Source: Botryllus schlosseri
Lineage: Eukaryota
NCBI GenBank assembly: GCA_051294905.1
Contig: CM119386.1
Location: 7,688,001-7,752,000, forward strand
DNA: 64,000 bases
Direction: 5' to 3'
The stretch's first letter is position 1, and each line of letters starts with the position of its first letter. The notes beneath the pieces were generated by a model. It was given only the letters and a program-made list of their open reading frames with translations, searched no databases and was not told the origin of the DNA. Shown piece after piece: positions 25,983 through 37,802 of the stretch. Made by a program: the position numbers and the translations under genes.

Positions 25983-27549
25983 GTGTAGATCATTCGAAGA
26001 ACTCCCCGTCTTTTCGTAGTACTATCATATTGTGTTGTGTTGAAAAAGCTGCTTCGGCCTCATTTGTCGTTTGGTCACAGTCTTCAACCTTACACGGATT
26101 CATATACGTTTCGTGACCCGCAACGCTTTTTCCTAAACGGTAAAATTACTCAAAGAGCAATGCATTGCCAACTGAGCGTAGACTGCACATATCGTTTCCA
26201 TCTTTCTAGTTCCTATCATTGTGCCCGTAACATGTAAATCATAAGAGGAGTAATCAGTTACGATTCAAAACACCCCGTTGGTTCGTTTGACTCACAATCC
26301 CGAGAAACTCAGAGGAAGTATATACACTTTGCAGCCCAAATCGTGCTGAAGAAAAATCTAATCCCCCAGGATGTTGCGCTACTGTTGCATTGAAATCAGT
26401 TTCGCGTTGATTTGAATATAGGTATTCCAGCTCTGCTATAGAATACAATCGGTAATGTTCTAATTTCATTGGCATCTTCCAGCCGTTCATTCACCTTTTC
26501 TGCATTCATATTTCAGAAGATTATTTTGTATTATTTTGTTTATCTATTTACACAGCGTATGCAGTAACATCCTGGTAATATATTGAACAATAATTGTACA
26601 GTATATCATGGGTACTAATCTGAACTATCCGTAACTGCGTTTACGGAAAAAGTGAGCTGTATACTATGAATCAGACATGCCAAAGCATACGGCCCGCCGA
26701 ACGATCTCACCCCGTATGCGACATGCAATGCTGAGTAAATGACAAAATGCTTGTATTATACAACATATCATTAACAAGTCTTTCCATTTAAATAAGCCCT
26801 CAAGACAGCAATTATCGAACATATTCGTATACAACGTATGCGTTGCCACTCTGTATACACCATTGGTTATACGTCTCTGGCATTTTGACACTAAATTCCG
26901 AGAAGGTTAAAAAGTGCACATTGATAAAGAATTTTTTTAGTAAGATAATGGGCCGAAGGCACAGAGAATAAAATGTCGTAAGATCCCGGTCTTACATAGC
27001 GATTTGTTCTATTTCTATACATCAAATGCACAGTTGAAAAGTATTAATGAGTTGCGATAAAAATAGCATACTTACATCTCTCACTTTCTGTGGCGTGATG
27101 GGATGATTCAGTGCGGCGGTTGCATAACCTTCATTTTGCCGTGACCCAAAATCGTATCTATGGAATCCCCAATGGTGATAAAATAATAGTAATCCAAATT
27201 CTAAGCTAAATCGCTTCTTTTCATCACAACGTATGCAAAGAGAGAGACATCCCAAATTATATTGTCGGGACCATCCACTGTTGTATAGTTTGTAACTGTG
27301 TTCAATCGGTCAACCATTGTGATTTTACCTATTCCGACTTGACACCGTTTGACTGGTCCGTCCTGCGAGCAATAAAAACATCTGAATCTGCCGCGACACA
27401 ATTTATATGTTTAACTTGTCTGTTCTAGCGGCATTGTAATTTTATGTGCGGATATGTTTTATTTCTGTATTCGCAAAACATATGCAGGAATACTTGGCGA
27501 TTTGCTTTATGCATAGTCAATTAGAAATTTTACTCAAGGATATGATTAG

Positions 27550-28963
27550 TACGGATGGTGTGAACGTGAGGTTCACGTTCGCGTTCTGTGTGTGAACCTC
27601 AGAAATTTATATGTTCACATTCACAAACGAATCTTGGTAGGTTCTTCACTGTGAACCTTTTTCATATATTACAATTTTCACTTCATTATGACGTCTTTGG
27701 TTGAAATATATTGCATTTCAACTGCGGCCCACTCTATGCAAGCGATGGTAGCATAAAAAACATCAACACTAAGCGAGCATGCACCTTGACAATCTCAAAA
27801 ATTAAACTTGCTTTGTTAAAAAAGTTTACTCGAAATATTCAGCTTTTTGTTTGTGAATATTTATGTGACTCTCTACCGTGTGCTTGACCTACACTATACA
27901 TGTGGTCAGCGAATTAGGGCTGCATTTAAAACAAAAATCAATTTAAAACAAACATGTTTAAAACAAGGCCCTAAGTTACAACATGTTTGTTATTGGCTTT
28001 TTTAAGCCATGGCGTCACGAATATTCAATTGTTACGCCTTAGTGGAGTGACATCAACAATTGAAAATATAGGGTAACTATAGCTCCTTCGTACTATTAAT
28101 GCTGAACCGACTATTTTGAGGGTTCCAACCATCCCATATCGATATACGTTGGCTATATCGGGTGATAATTGTCCGTAGGCTAATACAAAATGTTTTTTGG
28201 AAAGTATTTACACAATTATGGCATAATTTTACAACTTGAAAAAAAAAATTTTTTTATAAGGACTTTGTTTAAAACATGTCTTAAACAGAGTGTTTCAAAA
28301 CACCGTTTGTTTTAAATGCAACCCTACAGCGAATGATGCTTATTCAACCAATCAATGAAATTGATATCGTTGTCTGATGTAAAAAGCCTAGCAAGCGCAC
28401 GGGATCAATCTTGACTTCACATGTATATTGTATTATAAAACCAAATCCGTGCGATTGGGGTCTGGGCTGCTGCTGTATAACTTGTTAATGGGGTGATATC
28501 GGTAAAATGTACAGGAACACGTTTTACACTCTGCTCAATATCAACGTAGCAATACTCAGACGCGGAATACGTTGTCCGGTCTGGCCTAGACCGTTAAGGC
28601 GTAAGCTTATATTCCCTTGCAAGTCCTCGTCGAAATGGTTGGCAAAGCGACGGAAGATATTGATTTTATGGGATTATTGTATTATTTGATTGCCCCAGTT
28701 GATACGTTTGGCGACGTTGAAAATGTCAATGTGCACTTCAGCATTGTGGCATTATGTGGCCCTAGTCGTCGCTAGATATCATGTACTGTATGCGTGCTGT
28801 ACGTACATTACTATAGGCTATCACTACACTGAAATGTAGGGTTGGAATAAGCAAAATGACGTCACGTGACGTCATGAGGTTCACGTCCGCGTTCACACAG
28901 AACCTTTCAAAAAGGTTCGCGTTCACATTAACCTGTACCTTTCAGAGGTTCACACCATCCCTA
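27550..28963. mobile_element. hAT-type MITE family B, full length, carrying a nested family A element
   Basis: TIR TA(C/G)GGATGGTGTGAAC; TSD ATGATTAG / ATGTTTAG (7/8); homologous to 8046..8863. Confidence 0.85.
27915..28326. mobile_element. hAT-type MITE family A (TAGGGYTGCATTTAAAACAAA), nested
   Basis: ~21-bp TIR; perfect TSD CAGCGAAT (27907-27914, 28327-28334); equivalent site is empty in the family B copy at ~8520. Confidence 0.95.
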
Positions 28964-29461
28964 ATGTTTAGCCTATGTGCTTTCCTTACTGGGCATTATG
29001 TTCTAAAGACATTACGATTTTACGTGCACACTGAACAGTGCACATGCATTTCGGATATCAGCATCATCACAAATTGGACTGTTTATTCGAAAGGCCAATT
29101 TCTATATTAAGATATTCAATCATTGTTTATCCCCGTCAAGGTCTGTTGAATTTCGCAAGGCCAGGCAGGGCATTATTTCTGCATCTACCCCTCTGCTAAG
29201 CGACACCGAATCAATGTAACCTCAACAAAACATTCCTTCGATAGACTGCCATTCTCCCAACCGTCACGTGAACTCCGCCCAGTTTGGACATATAAAGGAA
29301 ATATTCCCGTCTGGAAATGTTTGTTTCAGGGAAAAATATTTGCTTAGCGTGGAACCGAAACGCATTGTCAGCAGTAGGAAGCTGGCTTCAGCGCACGCTC
29401 GAAGTAACGAGCAGAAGCATTTCCCGCTTTCAGAAGCTTCCGTACGTGATTCGGTGTATAC

Positions 29462-30249
29462 CAGGGGTGTCAAACCCAACTTGAGTTGCGGGCGTCACCA
29501 GTCAAATGATTCCAAAATATTACCTTAAAACTCTTGCCTTTGTTTTTAATTTGAATACTTTATTATCGAGCCTATACACACGATAGTAGGCCTATATCAC
29601 ATATTACGGATCATAGGGGTTCTATTCTAGCTACACTTTTATTCACAAACTGTGGAATTTATGGCAATAATACGATGACTGTGGGTTGGATACAGTTATA
29701 AACGGCTAAAACAGAGGCTCTTACGATGATATGAGTTGTCACATTTCTATGCACCCTTTGATTTAGTCGTATCCTGGCGTCAGCCCTGCGTGTGCGTTTT
29801 GCGTAATACATGAGCTGACCACATATATTTGAATTATATTTCCGTGTAACTATTATATTCTCCATGTAACCTGCATATAAAGGTTTCGCATTGGCGTTTT
29901 AGCTTCTGTGAATAACTAGTTTTGGGTCCCTATCCCCATAAAACCCGGAACTAAGTATGCACTTTTTTGCCTTCTCGAAATAGAGCGTCAACGTGAACGA
30001 CTTGTTCCTAGTGGTGACTAAAGTGAAATCCCTACACCGCTGTCGGATGGTTCTGGCCTATGAACATGAACATACTCTACATTTGCCGTCGTAACGGAAG
30101 TGTTTCTTACTAAAAATACCAACACTTGCTGCTAGAAATATGCTCGATAGTAGACGCATTTTTCAATCTATTCAAAATTGCTTCGCGGGCCGGATGAAAC
30201 CGACTGGCGGGCCGGATGCGGCCCGCGGGCCGTATGTTTGACAGCCCTG
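29462..30249. mobile_element. Non-autonomous hAT (Charlie-like) element
   Basis: TIR CAGGGGTGTCAAAC / GTTTGACAGCCCTG; perfect TSD GTGTATAC; subterminal GCGGGCCGGAT repeats. Confidence 0.9.
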
Positions 30250-31216
30250 GTGTATACATTGAAATCGCGAGGAGAAAATCATACGTCACAGAGAGGCATA
30301 TATAGTGTATATCTCCCACGCAATCTGCATACTCCAGTTGCAGGTTCGTTACCAATGTAATCCCAGTCCATACTATGCTTGTTAGTATCGCCGGATCTCG
30401 TTCGTATTATATAGGAACTTTCCCGTGATGATGCAGAGTACTTGTTATATAGTTGGATAAAGGATTCTCTTCTCAAGAATGTCAATATAAGGAACCACGA
30501 ACTATAAATCGCAATAAAATGCTTATCCCATTTGGTCGTTTTGGGCTGTGGAAGGGGGCAAACGTAACTTGCTGAAATTTTTATGTTACGCGCGGCCTTT
30601 ACGTGTCTGCCGTTGCATGAAATATAACTAAAAATATACCACGTAGTGTATTTAAAGCAGTTCACGGCCGGTACGGATGATGGCGTTATGGGTGACGCGG
30701 TGTAGGCTACTTAATGTACTCGTGACTCAATTTACAGGGCATGTCCTATAATATAATTACATGCAAAGTTGATCAATGAAACGTTATGGTCAGGGCGTGA
30801 GACAATATATGAGAGAAGCGAGAGGCCCGGAGAGGAGGCTCGCGCGTATCAACATGGATAGCTTTCATTTCACGTAGCAAAACGCACTATAGCCACATTT
30901 CGACGCCAATTATTTGATGCCATATCAGTCCATTTTTATGGATTGGTCCATCACTACTGCATCAATACATCCATGGTATCCGAGTGATAAAAGCAACGCA
31001 AGCGTTATATAACCGTGTATACTACTTTAATACAGATTGCTTATTATTATAAACATGATAATTCTGTGGGATATCGATAATATGTCAGCAACTATATGTA
31101 CAACACAATCGCGAAGGGAAAGGACAAGTTCGCGCGTCTGGAATGTGCCTTCTATTTTAAAATAGTGAACCGACGTTTTCGGCAGAACGCCATCTCCCAA
31201 AGAATTCTACAATGGC

Positions 31217-31519
31217 TAGGGTTACCATACGTCCTCCTTTAGGAGGATTTGTCCTCCCTTTAGGAGGATTTGTCCTCCCTTTAGGAGGTTTGTCCTCCTC
31301 TTGAGGAATTCTGGTCAAATAAATGGCAAAATTCGACTGAGACGCCGCAAATCAGCACCGCAGTGACGCTCCGACGGGTATTTCGGAGCTGAGTGGAAAG
31401 TTGACTTTATTTTTATTTTTTTAGTCAACCGACTACGAAGTGGAAAAAATTTACTATTCAAAGTTTGAAAATTTTGAAAAAGTGTCCTCCTTTTCCGTTT
31501 CCAAAATATGGTAACCCTA
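31217..31519. mobile_element. hAT (Blackjack-like) MITE
   Basis: TIR TAGGGTTACCATA / TATGGTAACCCTA; TSD ACAATGGC / GCAATGGC (7/8); internal ~21-bp GTCCTCCCTTTAGGAGGATTT tandem x3. Confidence 0.85.
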
Positions 31520-34089
31520 GCAATGGCGAATTGTAAATAAAGAAATACGCCAGAATATATATCAACGCCACATTTCCCACGCTGGTGAAGTGATAAACCC
31601 AAGGTCGCCGCATCGTTTTAAAATCAAAAGTTTTGCAACAAGGGTCCCGTTCCATCTAGCTACAGGTATAAAACAGTCATCAAATCAAGACACAATTATA
31701 CATGAAGGCTCCCCACACCCAACTGTCAATACAGAACAGTCAAAGCAATTTGATGAAGTGAGTTGGAGCATTATGATGACCGTATTCTATCAATATCTCG
31801 AAGCGTAAAAGGAATGAGCTCGCAATCGCTATTTGAAGGACCGCAGTGAATTTGTAGACGGAGTATACCAAGTCAGCGATAATGCAATGCTGCAACATGA
31901 ATCGCACTTGAGCAAGCTGATCAGTATCCATAAAGTATCTTCACACAGCCCAGCAGTCTGTTTGGATCTCCTTTGCGACTGATTCCGTAACGTTGACAAC
32001 TGTTTTGTAGACAACATATCATTTTTGGTGAGGCGAAGCAATAAGCTTGTTTGAACGATTGATAAATGTGTCAGTTCTGTGACATTAGCGCCGTGCTGTA
32101 TAAAATATCCATACCGTTTCCGATTCGAAACAAGTAGCGGAATATGCTCAGCATGAAGTTGCGATATCCACCACGTAAGTCTCTTGCAGTAGGCGATAGT
32201 CGCGTAGCCACACGAAAAAGCAATTAACTATAATAAAATAAACACTCATCGAAAGTAAATTGGGGTATAGTCGATTTTCGGTCCGCCTGCTTTCCGTGCG
32301 ATGAGCCATGATGGTCCTCCCGTACTCAGAAAGGATTTTAATCAAAACGTGAATATAGAACGCAAACTTTCAGCAGTTGAAGTTGAATGGTTGGGTGTTG
32401 TGTACGGAGAGCGTTGGAAACATTCGACCTCAATTGTGCAGTGCATTTTTGAATTCACAGTTATTGAAACTAACGGTTAAATGGTTTTTCAATAGCTATA
32501 AACGCGTATCCACGCCGTGAGTTTGCTGCTTTGTTCTTATTGCAGGCTATAATACAAACTTGAAGTGATTGCAGAAATGTAGTGGTAGTTCTACACATGC
32601 ATGTCAAATTGTCGACAGCTCTGATGATACTTGCATCGATCGAATGTATGAATTCTAATTGGTCAATGGAAAAGCCAAGAAACAGATGGTTAATAAGCAA
32701 CTGGTAAATGCGACATATAATCCTTTGTGTTTCTGTGGTCTTGGTTATTTTTTTGCATGTTAAATGTTTCCGGGTTTCAAATTAATTTCGAGCGGCTATG
32801 GACTTTCGCCACACCTTATAACACAGCCAATCGCGGTACACATGTACTAAATTAGTCAGTACCATCATTGAGTCGTAAAAACTAGGATAATTTACTATAC
32901 TTCAACTTCTCAATACACAGCAAATAATAAGTCAATACACCGTCAACATCCACATCGAAGCAGAAAGTGAAAATACTAATATAAAATAAGCAGGATTGTG
33001 CCGGAAGAACTGCATTAGAAGCAAACGTACTTGGTTCCACTGATCATCTGTAAGTGATACCTCAGCTCATTGTGGGTTATAACCACTCTTTACCAAAGCA
33101 GAGAGGTGAACCTAATCGTGTCGTCAGTTCGCAATGATCACCGCATTTGAAGGATCGCGATAATTGAGACCGCCAATGAAATGCTACAAAACCTGATACA
33201 CTGCCGTTATGAGGATGGACTGGGGATCTAAGCTAACTTTGCAAACTTATATCCAATTCGGTTCGATGTATGTCGAATTTACCAGTAAAGCACCAAGTCT
33301 GTGATACAAAACCTAAATCGGATGCATGTGGAAATCGTTGTGCGTATAGTGATGCCGTTTTCGTTTGCCTCTGAAATGGCGCCTCTTGAACATCAAAATG
33401 CAATTCTTGCAAGTTCGCACTTTGACCCCACGGAAAATCCATCAAATTTTCGACTTGGAAACGTTCTGCTGACTGTGGCAGGGAAAGTTGCAAAATAAAT
33501 TTCCCCAGAATGGCGAAAATAGATATCGCTTTTGAGTTTATGTAAAGAGCGCGCGTTTACGGGCGTCTAATCGCTTATTTGCGAAATACGCCAATTTTGC
33601 GTCGTTACATTCGCGTATTGCAGGTACCCTACAATCGCAGCACAACTGCAAACGTAAGTTCTCTCGCGCAGCCGTCACTGCGGGCGTAATGACCGTGAAA
33701 ATCCTGAAGTCGCGCAAAAATTTCTCGAAATCTTGCCAAGAATTTTAACGTGCGTGTAAGTACTGCCGTCACTTGCCCGACGCACGATACCAGCGGCTAT
33801 GCATTATGCGGATCGTGACGCTTTTGACAATACGTCAGCGCGATTTCGGCTGCCGATGGTACTGACGATAGTAGATATTGGTTGCGATACGAAACGAACA
33901 ATGCCTTGTCGTGTAACAGCGGCCGAATGACCCAATACCAACAGTTGAGGTAATTCCTTCGGTTTTGATGGGGAATTTAGTCTCAATGACGTTAATCCTA
34001 AGGTATGCATGTTCTTACCGTTTAAATCGCGCTTCAGCGACATTGTAATGAGTAAGGTCTCATGTCGTCAATAACTACATACACGTGTG

Positions 34090-34455
34090 TACTGGCATTC
34101 ATTTTTTTATATTCATGGTGTTTCGACTACATTGGTCATTTTACACCAGGCCGATATTCATTATTTTTGATTCCGTATTTACCGACTTGTAGCACGGCCC
34201 ACTTGTGGGCTTTTTATAAGACACCGCTTACGAGGATCACGCGGCGAGGAGGGATTGTGGTGTCGACTTCGGTCGGACCAAGGTGGGTGTCTGATTCCAA
34301 AGACTACTGCAAGTCCTTTCGACACCTTCCTATCTTTTCATTGTATCGTTTTTTGTGGTGTATTGAACTGATAAAAATTGCTAATAAACCGAACCGAAAC
34401 GCAACCCATTGGTGTTCAAGCTGTGGATCATACCACTATACGCTATCTCGCCACT
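34090..34455 (-). mobile_element. tRNA-derived SINE, copy 3, interrupted at its B box
   Basis: Same body and tail as copies 1 and 2; head TAGCGTATAGTGG (A-box-like); B box split by the 34279..34390 insert. Confidence 0.85.
34279..34390 (+). mobile_element. LINE 3' UTR fragment inserted into the SINE
   Basis: CAAGGTGGGTGTCTGATTCC..CTTTTCATTGTATCG..GTATTGAACTGATAAAAATTGCTAATAAACC matches ~16447-16557. Confidence 0.8.
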
Positions 34456-35532
34456 GCGTATTCATATGTACAGCGGTCTTCTGCTTCATTCAAAAATCGA
34501 CTAGTTTGTAAAACACCACAAAACGCAAACTTATTAGGAAATCAGTCTTCACACTGCAATCCGTATAGGCCAACCGATTAGTGTACGTACACGTACATGT
34601 ACTGTAGTGTACGCTGTACAGGTACACCACCGACGCTTTGGAATGTCACGAATTTGTGCCTCGTGACTTTCTCAGGAGGTGCGAGTAGATGATCTATGGC
34701 GAAAGATATATCCGCAGTGTATCGGTTTCAACAAAAACTGCGCGTTTGAGATACCACTGTGAGGATGGAGATGGAAAGTACCTTCTAAACCTAGTTTTCA
34801 GAGAGAATCGCGAAATAATGATGCGACGGCGGGTAAAGCTTTCGCAATCGGTCTGAGTGTCGTGTGTGTGAATCGGTGTCTCTTCGTATTCGACGGAAAT
34901 ACGGTCTACCACCAACAGCCACAACGGTAATGTAAACCAGCTCAACTACATAGTATGTATACATGCTCAGCATTCCAGTCATAATTGATTTATCGGTACA
35001 TTAATACTTCTTATCAAGAAGTTTATCACACTTAGTCGCGTTCGGCAGACTATTGAAACTTGGTAATGTAGCGCCTGCGCTGTTGGTCGAGTTCTGTAGC
35101 GCTGCAATCTGCATATGTGCTGGCAGTACATGCACAGCTTAGCTGCTTCCTGTTGTCGTGTGTGTGCCTCCTGCAACAGAGCACGCTTCGTCACCGGATG
35201 CTATGATACGTGCTGAATGACTAGCTGTGTTATGATATGCAAGCGTATGTGTTCACTGTTAGTCTTCAATCTTAACGCGGTACTAAAATACAGCGAATAC
35301 AAAACCTAAATTAGCACGGTAATGCGACTAGTAGTAACGCAGGAATAAATATTTTAAACATCATCCCAGAGGTTCACTGGAGTTTCCCTTTCCTAACCTC
35401 ACCGACACGGCTAAATGCTATCAGGGTACCTCACTGGATATCCTGCAGGCTTTAATAATTTATGACACTCTACCCTCACGTAGAAGCACAAGTTCGCTTA
35501 TCAGATGGTAACTTTCATTTATGACTTCATCG

Positions 35533-35538
35533 TTTATT
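35533..35538 (-). promoter_or_regulatory. Candidate jun polyadenylation signal AATAAA
   Basis: Minus-strand AATAAA ~800 nt past the stop codon, with an ATTAAA ~80 nt further; cleavage site unknown. Confidence 0.45.
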
Positions 35539-35608
35539 ATTTGAGAAAGAATTCGGGAATAAATACACTTAAAACTGAAAAAATATGAAGAAAAGCAAGA
35601 ACTTAAAA

Positions 35609-35617
35609 AATAAATAA
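35609..35617 (-). promoter_or_regulatory. AU-rich element nonamer UUAUUUAUU in the putative jun 3' UTR
   Basis: Plus-strand AATAAATAA inside a stretch that is U-rich on the sense strand (35555-35640). Confidence 0.55.
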
Positions 35618-36341
35618 AGTCGCAAGAAACGAATAAAGCGTTGCGCAAAAGGAGACAGGCTACAAATTAGCAATTTTTGTTTCTGACAAAGGCAAGAAAT
35701 GGGAACATAGCGGGTTTAATAAAAAATGTTGGAGACCCGGGGAATAGTGTGATTGAAATTGTAATCAAAATCCACCTTCGAATGCAAAGTTGGTAGCGCG
35801 AAGACATGGGATCTACTCCCAGGCTGGCAGCTCATAAGCGTCCACGTCAAGTTATGCTAAAAGTTAGTATTCACCACACAAGAAGCACAAGCCACACTGG
35901 AGAGGTGTACTAAAATTGTTGCTCGTTCTAGTCCATGCAATCTCTAGTCTCAATTGAGCAAATGTAATCACAGAAATTTACCAAAGAAAATACTTCATAA
36001 TGCACAGTATACCATAAAGATAGGACGTTCAGAGGGTACAATATTACTGTGATACAACCAGCACGTCAGTATCGTATTTTGTCTCTATCGCATGTTCGTT
36101 GCGCCATTCATATAGTCAATCTTTAACACTTATTGAATACCGAGGTACAATAGGTTCGTTTGTTGAGTGGGCCCTCTTCTCCATGCGAGTAGCCAAGCAC
36201 GAAGTGAGGAGAATGGGCCAATCGCGTATTCGTAGCGTCGTCGTGGGACAGCTTGGCCTCGATTCACCGCAGTCGATATGCCCTCGGCTAATCGTGCGCC
36301 AGTCGGCTTGCGCCAATTTCAAAAGTGTTCGTACCAGCGGA

Positions 36342-37403
36342 TCAGAAACTAACTTGTTGTTGTGACATCATTAGCTGGCAACCGGAATTTACGTGAGCCA
36401 TAACCTTTGATTTCAGCTCGGCCACCTGCTGCCTTAAAATATTAGCGTTCGTCGATAATTCCATATTTTGGTTCTTGAGGTTTTTGACTTTATCTTCGAG
36501 CCTGGAGATTCTTTCCAGCTTTCGTTTTCGGCATTTGCTGGCAGCGACGCGGTTCCGCTGCCTTTTTCGCTCGCTTTTCATCATTTCTTGGTTTACCAGG
36601 TCAATCGGTGACATCGGCGGGGTATGCGACATAACCGGCACTGTCTGCGGTGGCTCCTCTTTCAGGTGGGCGATAACGGGATTGGTCATATGGTGAACAG
36701 TACTGCCGAACGATTGGCTAACTCCCATTCCCGACGTTGGTTGGTTACCGTAGTATTGGTCGTGTAAAAACGGTTGATGCTGCCTCGCCATTTGTTCACT
36801 GACGCCGCTTGTAATAACAGAACACTGTGGCGACCCAGACATGACGCCGTCCGACACGTGTATTCTAGACCCTGTTATATCTGGATCGCTGCCGCTTCTT
36901 GATTTTATCCTTTCCAATTCCCTTTCGAAACCTTGCGCATACATCTCCTGCTCTTGCGTGACTTGGTGAGCCTTTTGCTGCATGTAGCCGCCGTTGCTGT
37001 GCTGGCTATGGCTTATTAATCTCTCGATATCGGGTGAGCCGAGCTTCAGCATGCTGATGTCCGGTGATGCGAGAGTGTGCGCTGATTGCAGAGTTCCGAA
37101 TGCGTTAGTAATAACACCGCAGTGTTGCTGATGTTGGCTGTTACTATTGTAAGGCACGACGCCTGACTGAGATGCTATCACAGTATTTTCGATTGGCTTC
37201 AAGTGCTGTTGCTTAAGCAGGTCGCGCGGCGATAAGTCCAAGTTAAGTCCCTTCAACGTCGTATCTTTATTAAAGTTCGGATAATGTCTGCCGATGGCTG
37301 TCACGGCTCCTATATCTGTACTGCAAGCGCTGCCGACAGAGCTCGGTGATGACTGCTGGTCGTAATTAACCAAGTTATCTTCGTGGTAGAACGCTACTTC
37401 CAT
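36342..37403 (-). CDS. jun: Transcription factor AP-1 subunit Jun (bZIP), 353 aa, uninterrupted CDS
   Basis: MEVAFY (cf. c-Jun METTFY); delta-like LKGLNLDL; [20 protein letters not shown] (S63/S73 region); [12 protein letters not shown]; [17 protein letters not shown]; basic region [25 protein letters not shown] with a leucine zipper ending HVNSGCQL. Confidence 0.98.
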   Translation of the reverse strand: MEVAFYHEDNLVNYDQQSSPSSVGSACSTDIGAVTAIGRHYPNFNKDTTLKGLNLDLSPRDLLKQQHLKPIENTVIASQSGVVPYNSNSQHQQHCGVITNAFGTLQSAHTLASPDISMLKLGSPDIERLISHSQHSNGGYMQQKAHQVTQEQEMYAQGFERELERIKSRSGSDPDITGSRIHVSDGVMSGSPQCSVITSGVSEQMARQHQPFLHDQYYGNQPTSGMGVSQSFGSTVHHMTNPVIAHLKEEPPQTVPVMSHTPPMSPIDLVNQEMMKSERKRQRNRVAASKCRKRKLERISRLEDKVKNLKNQNMELSTNANILRQQVAELKSKVMAHVNSGCQLMMSQQQVSF

Positions 37404-37515
37404 CTGGACAGAAGAACGCGGAAACCGGTGTGGGAGAACACAAGAGAGAAAATTGAGAGGATATAGGAGAACCGCCTCTTCGAGAAATCTGCTCTCACGC
37501 CTGTGTCTGGCTGTA

Positions 37516-37522
37516 TGACTCA
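37516..37522. promoter_or_regulatory. AP-1/TRE site TGACTCA in the jun leader
   Basis: Exact TGACTCA ~115 bp upstream of the ATG; function inferred only. Confidence 0.4.
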
Positions 37523-37772
37523 GTCCCCGACTGACGCTATAGTCCGTGGGTGATAAGAGAAACAGTCAGTCTTCTAAGCGGCTTGGTTGAGTACTCTCCG
37601 TATGGTTCTATACGACGAAACGGATAACTTTCCGAAATTCAAGCTTCTTTTACTTCTCCGAGATTGTAGTTGTCTTCCAAGAGTCGATCTTTCGTGAACG
37701 TCAACTTCCCAACTGCTTTCAGAGTCGCAGAAAAATTCCAGTCGATTTAAAATATATCTCGTAGTTAAAGTT

Positions 37773-37802
37773 CTGAATAGAAATAAAAATTGAGTTAGTG
37801 CA
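37773..37802 (-). other. 3' splice acceptor (cis or trans) in the jun leader
   Basis: Minus strand GCACTAAC-TCAATTTTTATTTCTATTCAG| (branch-like CTAAC, pyrimidine tract, CAG); no ATG in the 369 nt between this site and the start codon. Confidence 0.6.

Noticed and set aside
34062-34511. 149-aa ORF
   Set aside because: Runs antisense through a SINE/LINE chimera; not a gene
36475-36696. 73-aa plus-strand ORF
   Set aside because: Antisense shadow of the jun bZIP coding region
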